DNA from: an uncultured Candidatus Saccharibacteria bacterium
Lineage (GTDB): Bacteria; Patescibacteriota; Minisyncoccia; Phycocordibacterales; DATDWN01
Direction: 5' to 3'
Length of the DNA: 64,000 bases
NCBI GenBank assembly: GCA_964608465.1
Contig: CAZSNI010000002.1
Span: 23,273 to 87,272, forward strand
Made by a program: the position numbers and the translations under genes. Below are positions 36,199 to 45,735 of this stretch, in pieces (the first letter of the stretch is position 1; every line of letters begins with the position of its first letter). The notes beneath the pieces were generated by a model that ran no database searches, was not told the DNA's origin, and worked only from the letters and a program-made list of their open reading frames with translations.

Positions 36199-37593
36199 AT
36201 GAAAAAAAATGTTGTACAAGATGTAGTTCCTCCTAAAAAATCTATTCGGAACGTAAAACTAACTGAAAGAAGAGAGGTTGATAAAGTTGTAAAAAGAGGA
36301 TCATATAAAGATGATGTTCCAAGAGAAACTCCACAGATGGATGAGGATTTTACTAGACCTGTTCCAATTGTAAAACAGGCTCTAATGCGAATTGAACCGT
36401 TAACAAAAACTCCTCCAGAGACTTTTAATTCTCCTAGTTATAAATATGAATTCAATGAGCCTAAAAAGTCTTCAAAAAAGCTTTTCTATTTTTCATCAGT
36501 AATACTTATTCTAGTAATTGCCTTTGCTGTTTCGTCTTTTTTCAAAAGTGGGACTGTAAAAGTATCTCCAAAACAGGAAGTGAAGAATCTTTCTGAAAGT
36601 TTTGTTGCAAAGAAAGATGTCGCTACTGGACTAAGTTTCCAGACAGTTACAGTAGCCAAAGATGTAGAAAAAACTGCGGTAGCATCTGGTCAAGAGAAAG
36701 TTGATAGAAAAAGCACAGGTAAAATCATCATTTATAACAATTTCAACAACCAAAGTCAGAAGTTGGTTGCCACAACTCGTTTCCAGACTCCAGAAGGCCT
36801 TATTTTTAGGCTAATCAGTCCAGCAACTGTACCAGGAAGAGAGGTGAAAGATGGTAAAACTGTTCCTGGAAGTGTGGAAGTCACTGTAGAGGCAGATAAA
36901 CCAGGAGTTTCATACAATATTGGGCTAAAGGATTTTACTATACCTGGTTTTAAAGGAGATCCAAAATACACCGCTATATATGCAAGGTCAAAAACAGAAA
37001 TGACCGGTGGATTCTCAGGAATGCAAAAAGTGGTTTCCAAAGAATCACTTGAAACGGCTGACAAGGAAATGAAGGCTGAACTTGAAGCGACTCTACTTAA
37101 AGATATTGAGGCTCAAATACCAGCAAATTTCGTATCATATAAAGATGGACTTTCATTCGCATTTGATGCAACTGTGCAGGTTCCAGACTCTACAAAGGAT
37201 GATGTTGTACTTAGAAAGAAAGCTAAGGTAACTGCTGTAATCATAGACAAAGGTTCGCTTACTAAAGCAATACTTGCAAAGGTTATGCCACAGGTAGAAT
37301 CAGAATCGGTTAAAATTTCGAACCTTTCTGAGCTTACTTTTAAGATTCTCCAACCTGCTGACATTGAAAAACAGATATCTTTCACTATATCGGGAGACGC
37401 AAATTTAGTATGGGTTTTTGATGAGAACAAACTAAAAACTGAACTATTAGGTCTATCGAAGAAGTCAGCTAAAGTAGTTATTAGTAATTATCCTGCAGTA
37501 AGTGAGGCCTGGATTGAAACTAAGCCATTTTGGAACCAGACTATCCCTAAGAACCCTGAAAAGGTCACTTTGACTAATACTTTCGGACAGTAG
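36199..37593 (+). CDS. Hypothetical membrane-anchored protein (464 aa)
   Basis: Single TM segment near residue 95 and a large extracytoplasmic region. No motif. Confidence 0.55.
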   Translation: MKKNVVQDVVPPKKSIRNVKLTERREVDKVVKRGSYKDDVPRETPQMDEDFTRPVPIVKQALMRIEPLTKTPPETFNSPSYKYEFNEPKKSSKKLFYFSSVILILVIAFAVSSFFKSGTVKVSPKQEVKNLSESFVAKKDVATGLSFQTVTVAKDVEKTAVASGQEKVDRKSTGKIIIYNNFNNQSQKLVATTRFQTPEGLIFRLISPATVPGREVKDGKTVPGSVEVTVEADKPGVSYNIGLKDFTIPGFKGDPKYTAIYARSKTEMTGGFSGMQKVVSKESLETADKEMKAELEATLLKDIEAQIPANFVSYKDGLSFAFDATVQVPDSTKDDVVLRKKAKVTAVIIDKGSLTKAILAKVMPQVESESVKISNLSELTFKILQPADIEKQISFTISGDANLVWVFDENKLKTELLGLSKKSAKVVISNYPAVSEAWIETKPFWNQTIPKNPEKVTLTNTFGQ

Positions 37594-37605
37594 GTGAAAG
37601 GGGCA

Positions 37606-37635
37606 TTGACTAAATACCCATAGTTCTGTTAGGAT
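37606..37635 (+). promoter_or_regulatory. Candidate promoter of the infA-ribosomal protein operon
   Basis: TTGACT (37606-37611), 18 nt, TAGGAT (37630-37635). Confidence 0.35.
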
Positions 37636-37705
37636 GTTACTTGTACAAATTTTTAGGTTTTATTGTTTATTTAATAGTTATTTTCCAAAAAAGATCAACA
37701 TAATA

Positions 37706-37927
37706 ATGCAGGATCAAAACAAAAAAGATGATGCTGTTTTAGCCCAGGTTACTGAGGCTCTCCCAAACACCTTTTTCAGAGTAAAAAGGCTTGATAATGG
37801 GGAAGAAATGCTGACTTATCTTTCTGGGAAAATGCGACTACATAGAATCAGAGTTCTAATTGGTGACAAAGTTACCGTAGAAATTGATCCGTATGGTGGA
37901 AAAGGTAGGATTGTAAAACGAGTATAG
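37706..37927 (+). CDS. infA: Translation initiation factor IF-1 (73 aa from ATG 37706)
   Basis: [58 protein letters not shown]. Confidence 0.9.
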   Translation: MQDQNKKDDAVLAQVTEALPNTFFRVKRLDNGEEMLTYLSGKMRLHRIRVLIGDKVTVEIDPYGGKGRIVKRV

Positions 37928-37931
37928 CTTT

Positions 37932-38048
37932 ATGAAAGTTAAATCATCTGTAAAAAAAATCTGTCCAAGTTGCCAAGTAGTCCGAAGAAAGGGCTATGTT
38001 TATGTTGTATGTTCTGCAAACGCTAGACACAAGCAACGACAAGGATAA
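37932..38048 (+). CDS. rpmJ: 50S ribosomal protein L36
   Basis: Own translation: [38 protein letters not shown] (38 aa, below the ORF-track cutoff). Confidence 0.9.
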   Translation: MKVKSSVKKICPSCQVVRRKGYVYVVCSANARHKQRQG

Positions 38049-38080
38049 ACCGATAGAACAATTTTAAATATAATAAAAAA

Positions 38081-38458
38081 ATGAGAATACTTGGAATCAC
38101 AATACCAGAAGAGAAAAGAATCGAAATCGGACTAACTGTTCTATACGGTGTTGGTCGTTCACTTTCTCACACAATCCTAGACAAAGCCAAAGTAGATTAC
38201 GGAACAAAGCCTAAAGATATATCTATTGACCAAGAGAACGCTATTAGAAAAGTTATTGAGACTCTAAAAATTGAAGGAGACCTAAAACGAGACACTGCTT
38301 CAAATATTAAGCGATTGAAGGATATCAAAGCTTATAGAGGCACAAGACACTCTAGAAACCTTCCAGTGAGAGGCCAGAGAACAAAAACTAATGCCCGAAC
38401 TAAGAGAGGAGCGAAGAAAACTATGGGTACTGGTAGAAAGGTAGCCGATAAGAAATAA
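38081..38458 (+). CDS. rpsM: 30S ribosomal protein S13
   Basis: MRILGITIPEEKRIEIGLTVLYGVG...YRGTRHSRNLPVRGQRTKTNART. Confidence 0.9.
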   Translation: MRILGITIPEEKRIEIGLTVLYGVGRSLSHTILDKAKVDYGTKPKDISIDQENAIRKVIETLKIEGDLKRDTASNIKRLKDIKAYRGTRHSRNLPVRGQRTKTNARTKRGAKKTMGTGRKVADKK

Positions 38459-38476
38459 TCACACTTAACTAAATAT

Positions 38477-38905
38477 ATGGGTAAAAAAAGAATTGTAAAA
38501 ACAGAAGGCGGTGAGGGTGGAGCTAAATCAGCTCCAGTTTCTACTGTATCAAAAAAGAAAGTTGATGTTGGTATTTTGTACGTTCAATCTACATACAACA
38601 ACACTCAGATCGTTCTAACTGACACTAAAGGTAACGTTCTTTCAACTTCTTCTTCTGGTGCCATTGGTTTTAAAGGTGCTAAGAAGGGTACTCCTTTTGC
38701 AGCAGCTAAAGTTGGTGAAATCGTTGGTAGTAAGGCTGCTACTATGGGCATGAAAGAGGTTTCTGTTGTAGTTAAGGGAGTTGGATCTGGTAGAGAGTCT
38801 GGAATCAGAGGGTTTATTTCTAAAGGTATGAATATTAGTTCTATCAAAGACGTGACTCCAGTTCCTCACAATGGACCAAAGCCTAAGAAGCCACGAAGAG
38901 TATAG
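38477..38905 (+). CDS. rpsK: 30S ribosomal protein S11
   Basis: GILYVQSTYNNTQIVLTDTKGNVLSTSSSG..GFKGAKKGTPFAA. Confidence 0.9.
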   Translation: MGKKRIVKTEGGEGGAKSAPVSTVSKKKVDVGILYVQSTYNNTQIVLTDTKGNVLSTSSSGAIGFKGAKKGTPFAAAKVGEIVGSKAATMGMKEVSVVVKGVGSGRESGIRGFISKGMNISSIKDVTPVPHNGPKPKKPRRV

Positions 38906-38926
38906 CCTTAAATTAAATATAAAAAT

Positions 38927-39538
38927 ATGATCACAGGACCAAAATACAAAATAGCAAGAAGACTAGGAGCACCTATATTTGAGAAAACTCAAACTCAAAA
39001 GTACGCTCTTTCACTTGAGAAAAAACTTAAAAACAAGAGAGGTTTTTCTAAGCCAAAGTCTGAATTCGGAACTCAGCTAAACGAGAAACAAAAAGCTAGA
39101 TTTATTTACGGTCTTTCAGAGAAGCAATTTTCAAACTATGTGAAGGAAGCTATTTCAAAGAAAACTTCACACGCTCCACAGTTAATTTTTGATTTTTTAG
39201 AATCAAGACTAGATAACATTGTTTATAGACTAGGGTTCACAACTACACGGTCTGGAAGTCGACAAATGGTTACTCATGGACACATGAAAGTGAATGGAAG
39301 AAAGGTAGATGTTCCTTCAATGAGACTAAAAATAGGGGATAAAATAGAGATAAACGACAGATCTGCAAACAAACCTCTATTCAACGGTTTGGATGAGAAA
39401 ATGAAGAACGCATCAGTACCGTCATGGCTTAAGTTGGATGGTGCGAAAAGAATGGGTGAGGTACAAGGAAAGCCTATTTATACAAAAACAGATAATATGT
39501 TCGACCTCAACACAGTTATCGAGTTTTACAGCCGTTAA
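38927..39538 (+). CDS. rpsD: 30S ribosomal protein S4
   Basis: GPKYKIARRLG..., then RLDNIVYRLGF..TRSGSRQMVTHGH (S4 RNA-binding domain). Confidence 0.9.
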   Translation: MITGPKYKIARRLGAPIFEKTQTQKYALSLEKKLKNKRGFSKPKSEFGTQLNEKQKARFIYGLSEKQFSNYVKEAISKKTSHAPQLIFDFLESRLDNIVYRLGFTTTRSGSRQMVTHGHMKVNGRKVDVPSMRLKIGDKIEINDRSANKPLFNGLDEKMKNASVPSWLKLDGAKRMGEVQGKPIYTKTDNMFDLNTVIEFYSR

Positions 39539-39624
39539 TTAGGAGCTCGGTATTGATTAATTATTTGATTTAAGGTATACTATTAAACGCCAATTTATTA
39601 TAAAATTAACTAAAATTACCCTAT

Positions 39625-40578
39625 ATGTCTGACTACACAATCGTTATCCCATCTAAGCCAAAAATTGTCTCTGAAGTAGACTTTTCAGGTTCTTACGAAA
39701 TAGACGGTCTTTACCCTGGTTACGGCCACACTCTTGGTAACTCTCTAAGAAGAATCATACTTTCTTCTCTTCCTGGAGTTGCTGTTACTTCTGTTAAAAT
39801 CGAAGGAATCGATCATGAGTTTTCTACTATCCCAGGTGTTAAAGAGGACGCTATCACTATCCTACTTAACCTAAAAAGACTACGAATCAACATGGTTGGT
39901 AATGAGGCTCAAACTCTTACACTTAAAGTTAAGGGTGTTAAAGAAGTTAAAGCTTCAGATATCAAGCTTCCTGGAGGAGTAGAGGTTCTTAACCCAGATC
40001 TAGTTATTGCAAACCTTACAGACAAATCTGCAGATGTTTCTATGGAAATCACAGTTGAGAAGGGTCTTGGTTTCGTTTCAAAAGAAGTTCTACAAAAGAA
40101 CCGAGTTGATATCGGATCTATTACAGTTGATGCCATTTTCACACCGATTAGACGAGTTTCATACGAAGTAGAGAATATGCGAGTTGGAGACAGAACAGAT
40201 TTCAACAGACTAAAAATCTTTATTGAGACAGATGGAACAATCACTCCAAAAGAGGCGCTAGAAAAGAGTATCGAAACTATGATTACTCAACTTAAAGCTA
40301 TCATTGGTTTTAAAGAGGAAGATGTGATACTATCTAGCCCTGAAAGTGAAGGATCTTTTGCAAAAACAGCAACAGATGAAGATTCTCTAAAAACAAGAAT
40401 CGAGACTCTAAATCTTTCAGCAAGAACTCTTAACGCGCTTTCAAACGCAAACATCCGAACAGTTGGAGGTTTGGCAAGAAAGAAAGAGAAAGATCTTCTT
40501 GATATCGAAGGAATGGGAGCAAAAGGAGTATCTGAAATCAAAGAAGTTCTAGAAACTTTCGGAATATCACTTAAATAG
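39625..40578 (+). CDS. rpoA: DNA-directed RNA polymerase alpha subunit
   Basis: GYGHTLGNSLRRILLSSLPG, and a C-terminal domain with LNLSARTLNALSNANIRTVGGL. Confidence 0.9.
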   Translation: MSDYTIVIPSKPKIVSEVDFSGSYEIDGLYPGYGHTLGNSLRRIILSSLPGVAVTSVKIEGIDHEFSTIPGVKEDAITILLNLKRLRINMVGNEAQTLTLKVKGVKEVKASDIKLPGGVEVLNPDLVIANLTDKSADVSMEITVEKGLGFVSKEVLQKNRVDIGSITVDAIFTPIRRVSYEVENMRVGDRTDFNRLKIFIETDGTITPKEALEKSIETMITQLKAIIGFKEEDVILSSPESEGSFAKTATDEDSLKTRIETLNLSARTLNALSNANIRTVGGLARKKEKDLLDIEGMGAKGVSEIKEVLETFGISLK

Positions 40579-40587
40579 CATAAAAGT

Positions 40588-40935
40588 ATGAACCATAGCA
40601 AAGCAAACAGAAAATTTGGTAGAGTTAAGAAAGTTAGAAACGGACTAATGAAGTCTTTGGCTTTGGCTTTGGTTCTAGAAGGCAAAATTAAAACTACAGA
40701 CGCAAAGGCTAGAGAACTAAGACCTATGGTTGAAAAACTAATAACTACAGGTAGACTAGGAACAGTAGCGGCAAGAAGAAACCTTGTAGCACAGATAGGT
40801 ACTATTGGCGCAACTAAAATTGTTAAGGAAGTTTCTCCAAAGTACATGGACAGAAAGGGTGGTTATACAAGAATCACAAAACTTCCAGCAAGAGTTTCTG
40901 ACGGAAGTTTGATGGCAATTGTAGAGTTAGTATAA
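40588..40935 (+). CDS. rplQ: 50S ribosomal protein L17
   Basis: RKFGRVKKVRNGLMKSLALALV..GKIKTTDAKARELRPMVEKLIT. Confidence 0.85.
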   Translation: MNHSKANRKFGRVKKVRNGLMKSLALALVLEGKIKTTDAKARELRPMVEKLITTGRLGTVAARRNLVAQIGTIGATKIVKEVSPKYMDRKGGYTRITKLPARVSDGSLMAIVELV

Positions 40936-40955
40936 ATTTCAATAAAATTAAAGAT

Positions 40956-41300
40956 ATGAAATACACATTAGATGCAGAAAACAAAAGAATTGGAAGAATA
41001 GCTACAGAAGCTGCAGTTTTCCTAATGGGTAAAAACAAAGCAGATTTTGCCAGAAACGTTATTCCAAATGTTACAGTTGAGATAAAAAACACTTCAAAGG
41101 CACTTATCGACGACTCAAAGAGAAGTCAAAAAACTTACACTAGATACTCTGGTCACCCAGGAGGACTACGACAGCCAACTATGGAACAAGTAATCGCTAA
41201 AAAAGGTTATAGTGAACTTTTCAAAGAGGCGGTAAAAGGAATGCTTCCTAAAAATAAGCTTCGAACAAAGATGATGAACAACTTAAAAATTAGTGAATAA
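40956..41300 (+). CDS. rplM: 50S ribosomal protein L13 (short, 114 aa)
   Basis: IGRIATEAAVFLMGKNK...YTRYSGHPGGLRQ...KGMLPKNKL. Confidence 0.85.
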   Translation: MKYTLDAENKRIGRIATEAAVFLMGKNKADFARNVIPNVTVEIKNTSKALIDDSKRSQKTYTRYSGHPGGLRQPTMEQVIAKKGYSELFKEAVKGMLPKNKLRTKMMNNLKISE

Positions 41301-41314
41301 TTTGCAATAACCGT

Positions 41315-41716
41315 ATGGAAAAAACAAAGGCTGACAAATACATAGAGACAGTTGGACGAAGAAAAACTTCAGTAGCGCGTGTTCGACTTACTCCAGCATC
41401 AAAGACTTCTTTTGAAGTAAACGGCAAAGAACTGCAAGATTACTTCACTATCAAAGATATGCAAGCTATTGTTAAGCAACCTCTAGCAGATAATCCTGAA
41501 AAGTTTAAAATTACAGCTAAAATTGTTGGTGGAGGAATTCACTCACAATCAGAAGCTATGCGACACGGTATAGCAAGAGCACTTGTAGAGGGAGATGAAA
41601 TGCTGAGAAAAACTCTAAAGAAAGCTGGCTACCTAAAACGAGATCCTAGAGCTAAAGAGCGAAGAAAATTCGGTCTGAAAAAAGCGAGAAAGGCCCCACA
41701 GTGGTCGAAGAGATAG
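41315..41716 (+). CDS. rpsI: 30S ribosomal protein S9
   Basis: GRRKTSVARVRL...GGGIHSQSEAMRHGIARAL...LKRDPRAKERRKFGLKKARKAPQWSKR. Confidence 0.9.
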   Translation: MEKTKADKYIETVGRRKTSVARVRLTPASKTSFEVNGKELQDYFTIKDMQAIVKQPLADNPEKFKITAKIVGGGIHSQSEAMRHGIARALVEGDEMLRKTLKKAGYLKRDPRAKERRKFGLKKARKAPQWSKR

Positions 41717-41745
41717 AAAACAGCCCCTTTTATGGGGCTTTTTCT
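41717..41745. terminator. Terminator after rpsI (palindromic, usable from both strands)
   Basis: AGCCCC-TTTTAT-GGGGCT followed by TTTTTC, with an A-rich run upstream. Confidence 0.7.
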
Positions 41746-41889
41746 TTACTCTTCGAAGACGGAGCTATGTTTTGTTACCAAACAAAACAAGCGAGTCGGG
41801 GTCGAGGAATTTTGTGAGCGACGGCGAACAAAATATCCGTGACAAACGATAAACAAAATCTCCTTGTCGTTCATTGGTCGAAACGATTT

Positions 41890-41926
41890 TCCAATACGAA
41901 GAAACCGCCATCGTGTAGACTGGCGG
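41890..41926 (-). terminator. Terminator-like hairpin after ORF E1
   Basis: On the minus strand: CCGCCA-GTCTACACGA-TGGCGG followed by TTTCTTCGTATT. Confidence 0.5.
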
Positions 41927-41952
41927 AATCTATCCGCCGTCACGGTGACGGT

Positions 41953-42084
41953 TTAGAGCAGTGTCCAGCATACGAGCAAGATCGCCACTCCGATTGAGAG
42001 TATTCGAGCCAGTTCTCCCGTGCTGGGCGGTGGTGAGTCGAGTATTGGTGCTTTTAACATCTCATCTCCATTGATGCTGAACAA
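41953..42084 (-). CDS. GC-rich cassette E ORF E1: 43-aa peptide (35 aa if ATG 42060) with hydrophobic C-terminus
   Basis: Own translation: MFSINGDEMLKAPILDSPPPSTGELARILSIGVAILLVCWTLL. AAAGGAG lies 5 nt before TTG 42084, and GGAG lies 5 nt before the in-frame ATG 42060. Confidence 0.4.
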   Translation of the reverse strand: MFSINGDEMLKAPILDSPPPSTGELARILSIGVAILLVCWTLL

Positions 42085-42099
42085 GTGTACTCCTTTTAA

Positions 42100-42129
42100 T
42101 ATTTTGCACACTATAACTCACTCTGTCAA
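42100..42129 (-). promoter_or_regulatory. Promoter of cassette E (minus strand)
   Basis: Minus strand TTGACA (42129-42124), 18 nt, CAAAAT (42105-42100). It sits back-to-back with the grpE promoter. Confidence 0.4.
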
Positions 42130-42135
42130 CCTCCT

Positions 42136-42163
42136 TTGACCGCCTCAATTTTCGTGTTAAAAT
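42136..42163 (+). promoter_or_regulatory. Candidate grpE-dnaK promoter
   Basis: TTGACC (42136-42141), 16 nt, TAAAAT (42158-42163), 9 nt before the grpE ATG region. No CIRCE inverted repeat seen. Confidence 0.5.
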
Positions 42164-42172
42164 AGCAAAACT

Positions 42173-42778
42173 ATGACAGACGACACTAATAAAAACCTAC
42201 CTGATTTCGAGGAGGAAATATCAACCGATCACGGAGATGGTGATGTGGAAGACATAATCCTTGAAGACGTGCCAGAAAACCTCGCTCCTGAGGTTAAAGA
42301 CCGTACAGACAAACTGAAAGCTCAGATAAAGGAATTACAAAAGAAGAATGCTGAAATAATGGATGCTTGGCAGAGAGACAAGGCCGAGTTTATAAACACT
42401 AGAAAGCGAGACGAGGGTGACAAAGCAGAGTTTCTGAAATTTGCAAAAGCGGATCTTATTTCTGAAATCATTCCTGCACTAGACTCGTTTGATAATGCCA
42501 TGAGAAACAAGGAATCTTGGGAGTCTGTAGATAAAAACTGGAGAATAGGTATTGAGTACATAAGGACTCAGTTACTTACCTCGCTTCAAAACCACGGACT
42601 AAAAGTAATAAACCCCGTTGGAGAAATGTATAATAGTAGCAGGGATGAAGCGCTTGAAACAGTGAAAGTTGACGACAAAAAAGATGATGGTAAAATTCTG
42701 GAAGTTGTACAGGTAGGATATGAACTGAATGGAAAAGAAGTAAGAGCGCCACGAGTAAAAGTAGGTCATTTTGAATAA
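42173..42778 (+). CDS. grpE: Nucleotide exchange factor GrpE
   Basis: Coiled-coil N-terminus, then LDSFDNAM...G.....GE.YN...EA. Located upstream of dnaK. Confidence 0.85.
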   Translation: MTDDTNKNLPDFEEEISTDHGDGDVEDIILEDVPENLAPEVKDRTDKLKAQIKELQKKNAEIMDAWQRDKAEFINTRKRDEGDKAEFLKFAKADLISEIIPALDSFDNAMRNKESWESVDKNWRIGIEYIRTQLLTSLQNHGLKVINPVGEMYNSSRDEALETVKVDDKKDDGKILEVVQVGYELNGKEVRAPRVKVGHFE

Positions 42779-42779
42779 A

Positions 42780-43085
42780 ATGAATATAACCAGATCACAA
42801 GGGAATATTGTAGAAAAGGTACTCCGAGACAAGGAGGGTAAACTTATTCGTGCAAGATTTTTTGTGTATGAAAATGGCGGAAGAATCAAAGCTAGACTAC
42901 TAGATTTTGTATACTTAGCTGAGCAGACTTTAATTCAGAGTGCAAACTTTCTACTATCAACTCTTTCAAAAAATAAGGCAATAGTTACTAAGTTTTCAAG
43001 TGCTAAAACTTACACAACTCCTTTTTCAATTTTAGATGTTATTTCTTTTAGTGGTTCTAAGCCTCGCGCACCAACTTTAGTTTAA
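42780..43085 (+). CDS. Hypothetical protein (101 aa) between grpE and dnaK
   Basis: ATG lies 2 nt after the grpE stop. Host-like composition and no motif. Confidence 0.4.
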   Translation: MNITRSQGNIVEKVLRDKEGKLIRARFFVYENGGRIKARLLDFVYLAEQTLIQSANFLLSTLSKNKAIVTKFSSAKTYTTPFSILDVISFSGSKPRAPTLV

Positions 43086-43120
43086 TTTTGTTATTTTATT
43101 AACTTAATTAAATTAAAAAT

Positions 43121-45022
43121 ATGAGTAAAATTATTGGAATAGATCTTGGAACAACAAACTCTGCTGTCGCAATAATGGAAGCAGGACAACCTAAAATATT
43201 AGAGAACTCAGAAGGTGCAAGAACAACACCTTCTATAATCGCAGTGTCTAAAACTGGTGAAAGACTAGTTGGTCTACTGGCAAAAAGACAAGCAGTAACA
43301 AATCCAAAAAATACTGTTTTTGGAATTAAAAGATTTATCGGCCACACATTCGAAGACGAAGCAGTGCAAAAAGATAAAGGCATCGTACCTTTTGAAATTT
43401 CAAAATCATCAACAGGTGGAGTAAAAGTAAAAATGGGTGAAAAGGAATCTAGTCCTGAAGAAATTTCTGCGATGATTCTTTCTAAAATCAAGGCAGATGT
43501 TGAAGCAAAAATAGGAGAGAAAGTAACTCAGGCTATCATTACTGTGCCTGCTTACTTTAACGATGCACAAAGACAAGCAACAAAAGACGCTGGAGCAATC
43601 GCTGGTCTAGAAGTTCTAAGAATTATAAACGAACCAACAGCTGCAGCGCTTGCATACGGCTTTGATAAAGGAAAGAAAGAAGAAAAAATTGTTGTATTCG
43701 ACTTTGGAGGTGGAACTTTTGATGTTTCAGTTCTAGAAGTAGGGGACTCAGTTATAGAAGTAAAATCAACAGACGGAGACTCACACCTAGGAGGTAAAGA
43801 TATTGATCAAAAAATCATTAACTTCCTTGCTGATGAATTCAAAAAAGAATCAGGTATAGACCTTCGAGGGGACACGCTAGCACTACAAAGACTAGACGAA
43901 GCTGCAGAAAAAGCAAAGATAGAGCTTTCAACTGCAATGGAATCTGAGGTTAACATTCCATTCATTACATCAGATAGTAGTGGTCCAAGACACCTTCTTA
44001 TTAAAATTACTCGAGCAAAACTTGAAGAACTTACAGCTGAGTTTATTGACCGAGCAATGGCAATAACAAAGCGAGCGATGGACGCTTCTGGTTTCTCTAC
44101 TTCACAGATTAACGAAGTTATTCTAGTTGGAGGACAAACAAGAATGCCTAAAATGGCTGAAAAAGTAAAAGAGTACTTTGCTAAGGAACCAAACAAATCT
44201 ATCAACCCTGACGAAGTTGTGGCTCTAGGAGCGGCAATTCAAGGGGGGATACTAGCAGGGGACGTCAAAGATGTTCTACTTCTAGATGTTATTCCACTTT
44301 CTCTTGGTATTGAAACTATGGGAGGTGTGGCAACTAAACTAGTTGAGAGAAATACGACTATCCCAGCATCACGCTCACAAGTATTCTCTACTGCAGCAGA
44401 CAACCAGACATCTGTAGAAATACATATCGTTCAAGGTGAAAGAGCAATGGCAAGTGACAACAAGTCTCTTGGAAGATTTATCTTAGACGGTATTCCACCT
44501 GCACCACGAGGTATGCCTCAAGTAGAGGTTATGTTTGACGTGGACGCTAACGGAATCCTATCAGTTAAAGCAAAAGATAAAGCAACAAACAAAGAGCAAT
44601 CTATTAGAATTGAAGCAAGATCTAGTCTATCCAAAGAAGAGATTGAGAAGATGCAAAAAGATGCAGAAATGCACGCACAAGACGACTTGAAGAAAAAGGA
44701 TCTTGTTGAAGCTAAGAATATCGGTGAACAACTTATCTACACAGCTGAAAAAGCTATGAAAGATGCGGGAGACAAAATTACTCCAGAAATAAGAACTGGT
44801 GTAGAGAACAAAGTAACTGATCTTAAAAACGTATTAGCAAATACATCTGCAGATCTAGAAGCTATTAAGAAAGCTACTGTTGAGCTTTCAAACGAGACAT
44901 CTAAGATCGGTGAAGCTATAAACAAGGCAAATACGGACGCTGGCACACAAACTCCGCCAAATACAGAAAACCCTGTGAGAGACGCCGACTTCGAAGAAAA
45001 GAAACCTGAAGAAGGAAAATAG
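43121..45022 (+). CDS. dnaK: Molecular chaperone DnaK (Hsp70)
   Basis: [20 protein letters not shown], and [11 protein letters not shown]. Confidence 0.95.
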   Translation: MSKIIGIDLGTTNSAVAIMEAGQPKILENSEGARTTPSIIAVSKTGERLVGLLAKRQAVTNPKNTVFGIKRFIGHTFEDEAVQKDKGIVPFEISKSSTGGVKVKMGEKESSPEEISAMILSKIKADVEAKIGEKVTQAIITVPAYFNDAQRQATKDAGAIAGLEVLRIINEPTAAALAYGFDKGKKEEKIVVFDFGGGTFDVSVLEVGDSVIEVKSTDGDSHLGGKDIDQKIINFLADEFKKESGIDLRGDTLALQRLDEAAEKAKIELSTAMESEVNIPFITSDSSGPRHLLIKITRAKLEELTAEFIDRAMAITKRAMDASGFSTSQINEVILVGGQTRMPKMAEKVKEYFAKEPNKSINPDEVVALGAAIQGGILAGDVKDVLLLDVIPLSLGIETMGGVATKLVERNTTIPASRSQVFSTAADNQTSVEIHIVQGERAMASDNKSLGRFILDGIPPAPRGMPQVEVMFDVDANGILSVKAKDKATNKEQSIRIEARSSLSKEEIEKMQKDAEMHAQDDLKKKDLVEAKNIGEQLIYTAEKAMKDAGDKITPEIRTGVENKVTDLKNVLANTSADLEAIKKATVELSNETSKIGEAINKANTDAGTQTPPNTENPVRDADFEEKKPEEGK

Positions 45023-45032
45023 TATATGACAA

Positions 45033-45062
45033 AGCCCGCGGGAGCGTGCTCCATCACGGGCT
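45033..45062. terminator. GC-rich hairpin between the dnaK stop and the end of cassette F
   Basis: AGCCCG...CGGGCT outer stem with inner GGAGC-GT-GCTCC. T-run is poor on both strands. Confidence 0.4.
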
Positions 45063-45092
45063 GAATATGTACCCTTGAAAACAGTTGCCGAA

Positions 45093-45359
45093 CTAGAGAC
45101 CAGCCTCTTTCCGGGCTATGTACCACGCGTTATCGTGCGGGAACTTGTTCTGACGCCGCATCTGGAAGTAAAGACGTCTTGCGACATCCAGGCGGTCGCG
45201 ACGAATGATCTTCCGCACGGTGTAGTCGCAGGCGGGACACTTTGCCTCGATGAGCCTGGCTTCGGGAACTTCCGAAGGTGTGTTGGTTGCAGACGTTCGA
45301 CTAGAAACATCGAAGGCAAAACGGCAGTTCGGGCAATCAAATCGCATAGCTTTCATCAT
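45093..45359 (-). CDS. GC-rich cassette F ORF F2: 88-aa zinc-ribbon protein
   Basis: MMKAMRFDCPNCRF...AKCPACDY (CxxC...CxxC). The ATG overlaps the F1 stop (ATGA). GAGGAAG SD upstream. Confidence 0.6.
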   Translation of the reverse strand: MMKAMRFDCPNCRFAFDVSSRTSATNTPSEVPEARLIEAKCPACDYTVRKIIRRDRLDVARRLYFQMRRQNKFPHDNAWYIARKEAGL

Positions 45360-45688
45360 CTTCCTCTCTGTTTGAGACGAACCATCATCTTGGCGAAACC
45401 CAGTGACTCCAAGGGCCCTTTGCCTGAGGCGAGAGCCTCTGCAACATGAGCCCTCATTGCCCTACGATCATCCACACGAGCGGGCAACTGCTGTCTGTGC
45501 TGAGCGATGATGGTCGCACCACAGAATTCAGACTGGCATTTGACCCTAACGATGATCGTCAGGATACCAAGCATGTAGTCTCTGTCCTCGTGCAGTTCTG
45601 TAACATCTCGCTCGGCGAGCAACGTGGTCCGGCACCTCTCGCAGTGGAGCTGAATGGGGAAGCTCAAACTTGCAAGTTGCTGATACAC
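45356..45688 (-). CDS. GC-rich cassette F ORF F1: ~110-aa zinc-ribbon protein
   Basis: AGGAG lies 7 nt before GTG 45688 (track ORF starts at TTG 45724). Cys pattern HCERCR...KCQSEFC. Confidence 0.55.
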   Translation of the reverse strand: MYQQLASLSFPIQLHCERCRTTLLAERDVTELHEDRDYMLGILTIIVRVKCQSEFCGATIIAQHRQQLPARVDDRRAMRAHVAEALASGKGPLESLGFAKMMVRLKQRGR

Positions 45689-45735
45689 AGCCTGGCTCCT
45701 AGAATAAGGGTTTGACGGAAACAAATTCCACTCTT

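Noticed and set aside
40287-40847. 186-aa minus-strand ORF opposite rpoA/rplQ
   Set aside because: It is fully antisense to two well-supported ribosomal-operon genes. Low-complexity Ser/Leu/Phe translation, a classic antisense shadow ORF.
41746-41943. 65-aa minus-strand ORF (GTG start) in cassette E
   Set aside because: No SD at the GTG or at internal starts. It begins after a terminator-like hairpin and has a Arg/Ser-rich composition. It was treated as non-coding structured sequence pending evidence.
45075-45715. Plus-strand ORFs 45075-45449 and 45446-45715, and minus-strand 45116-45340, in the dnaK-dnaJ island
   Set aside because: They lack an SD or promoter. The minus-strand pair F1/F2 has SDs, ATGA coupling and zinc-ribbon Cys spacing.
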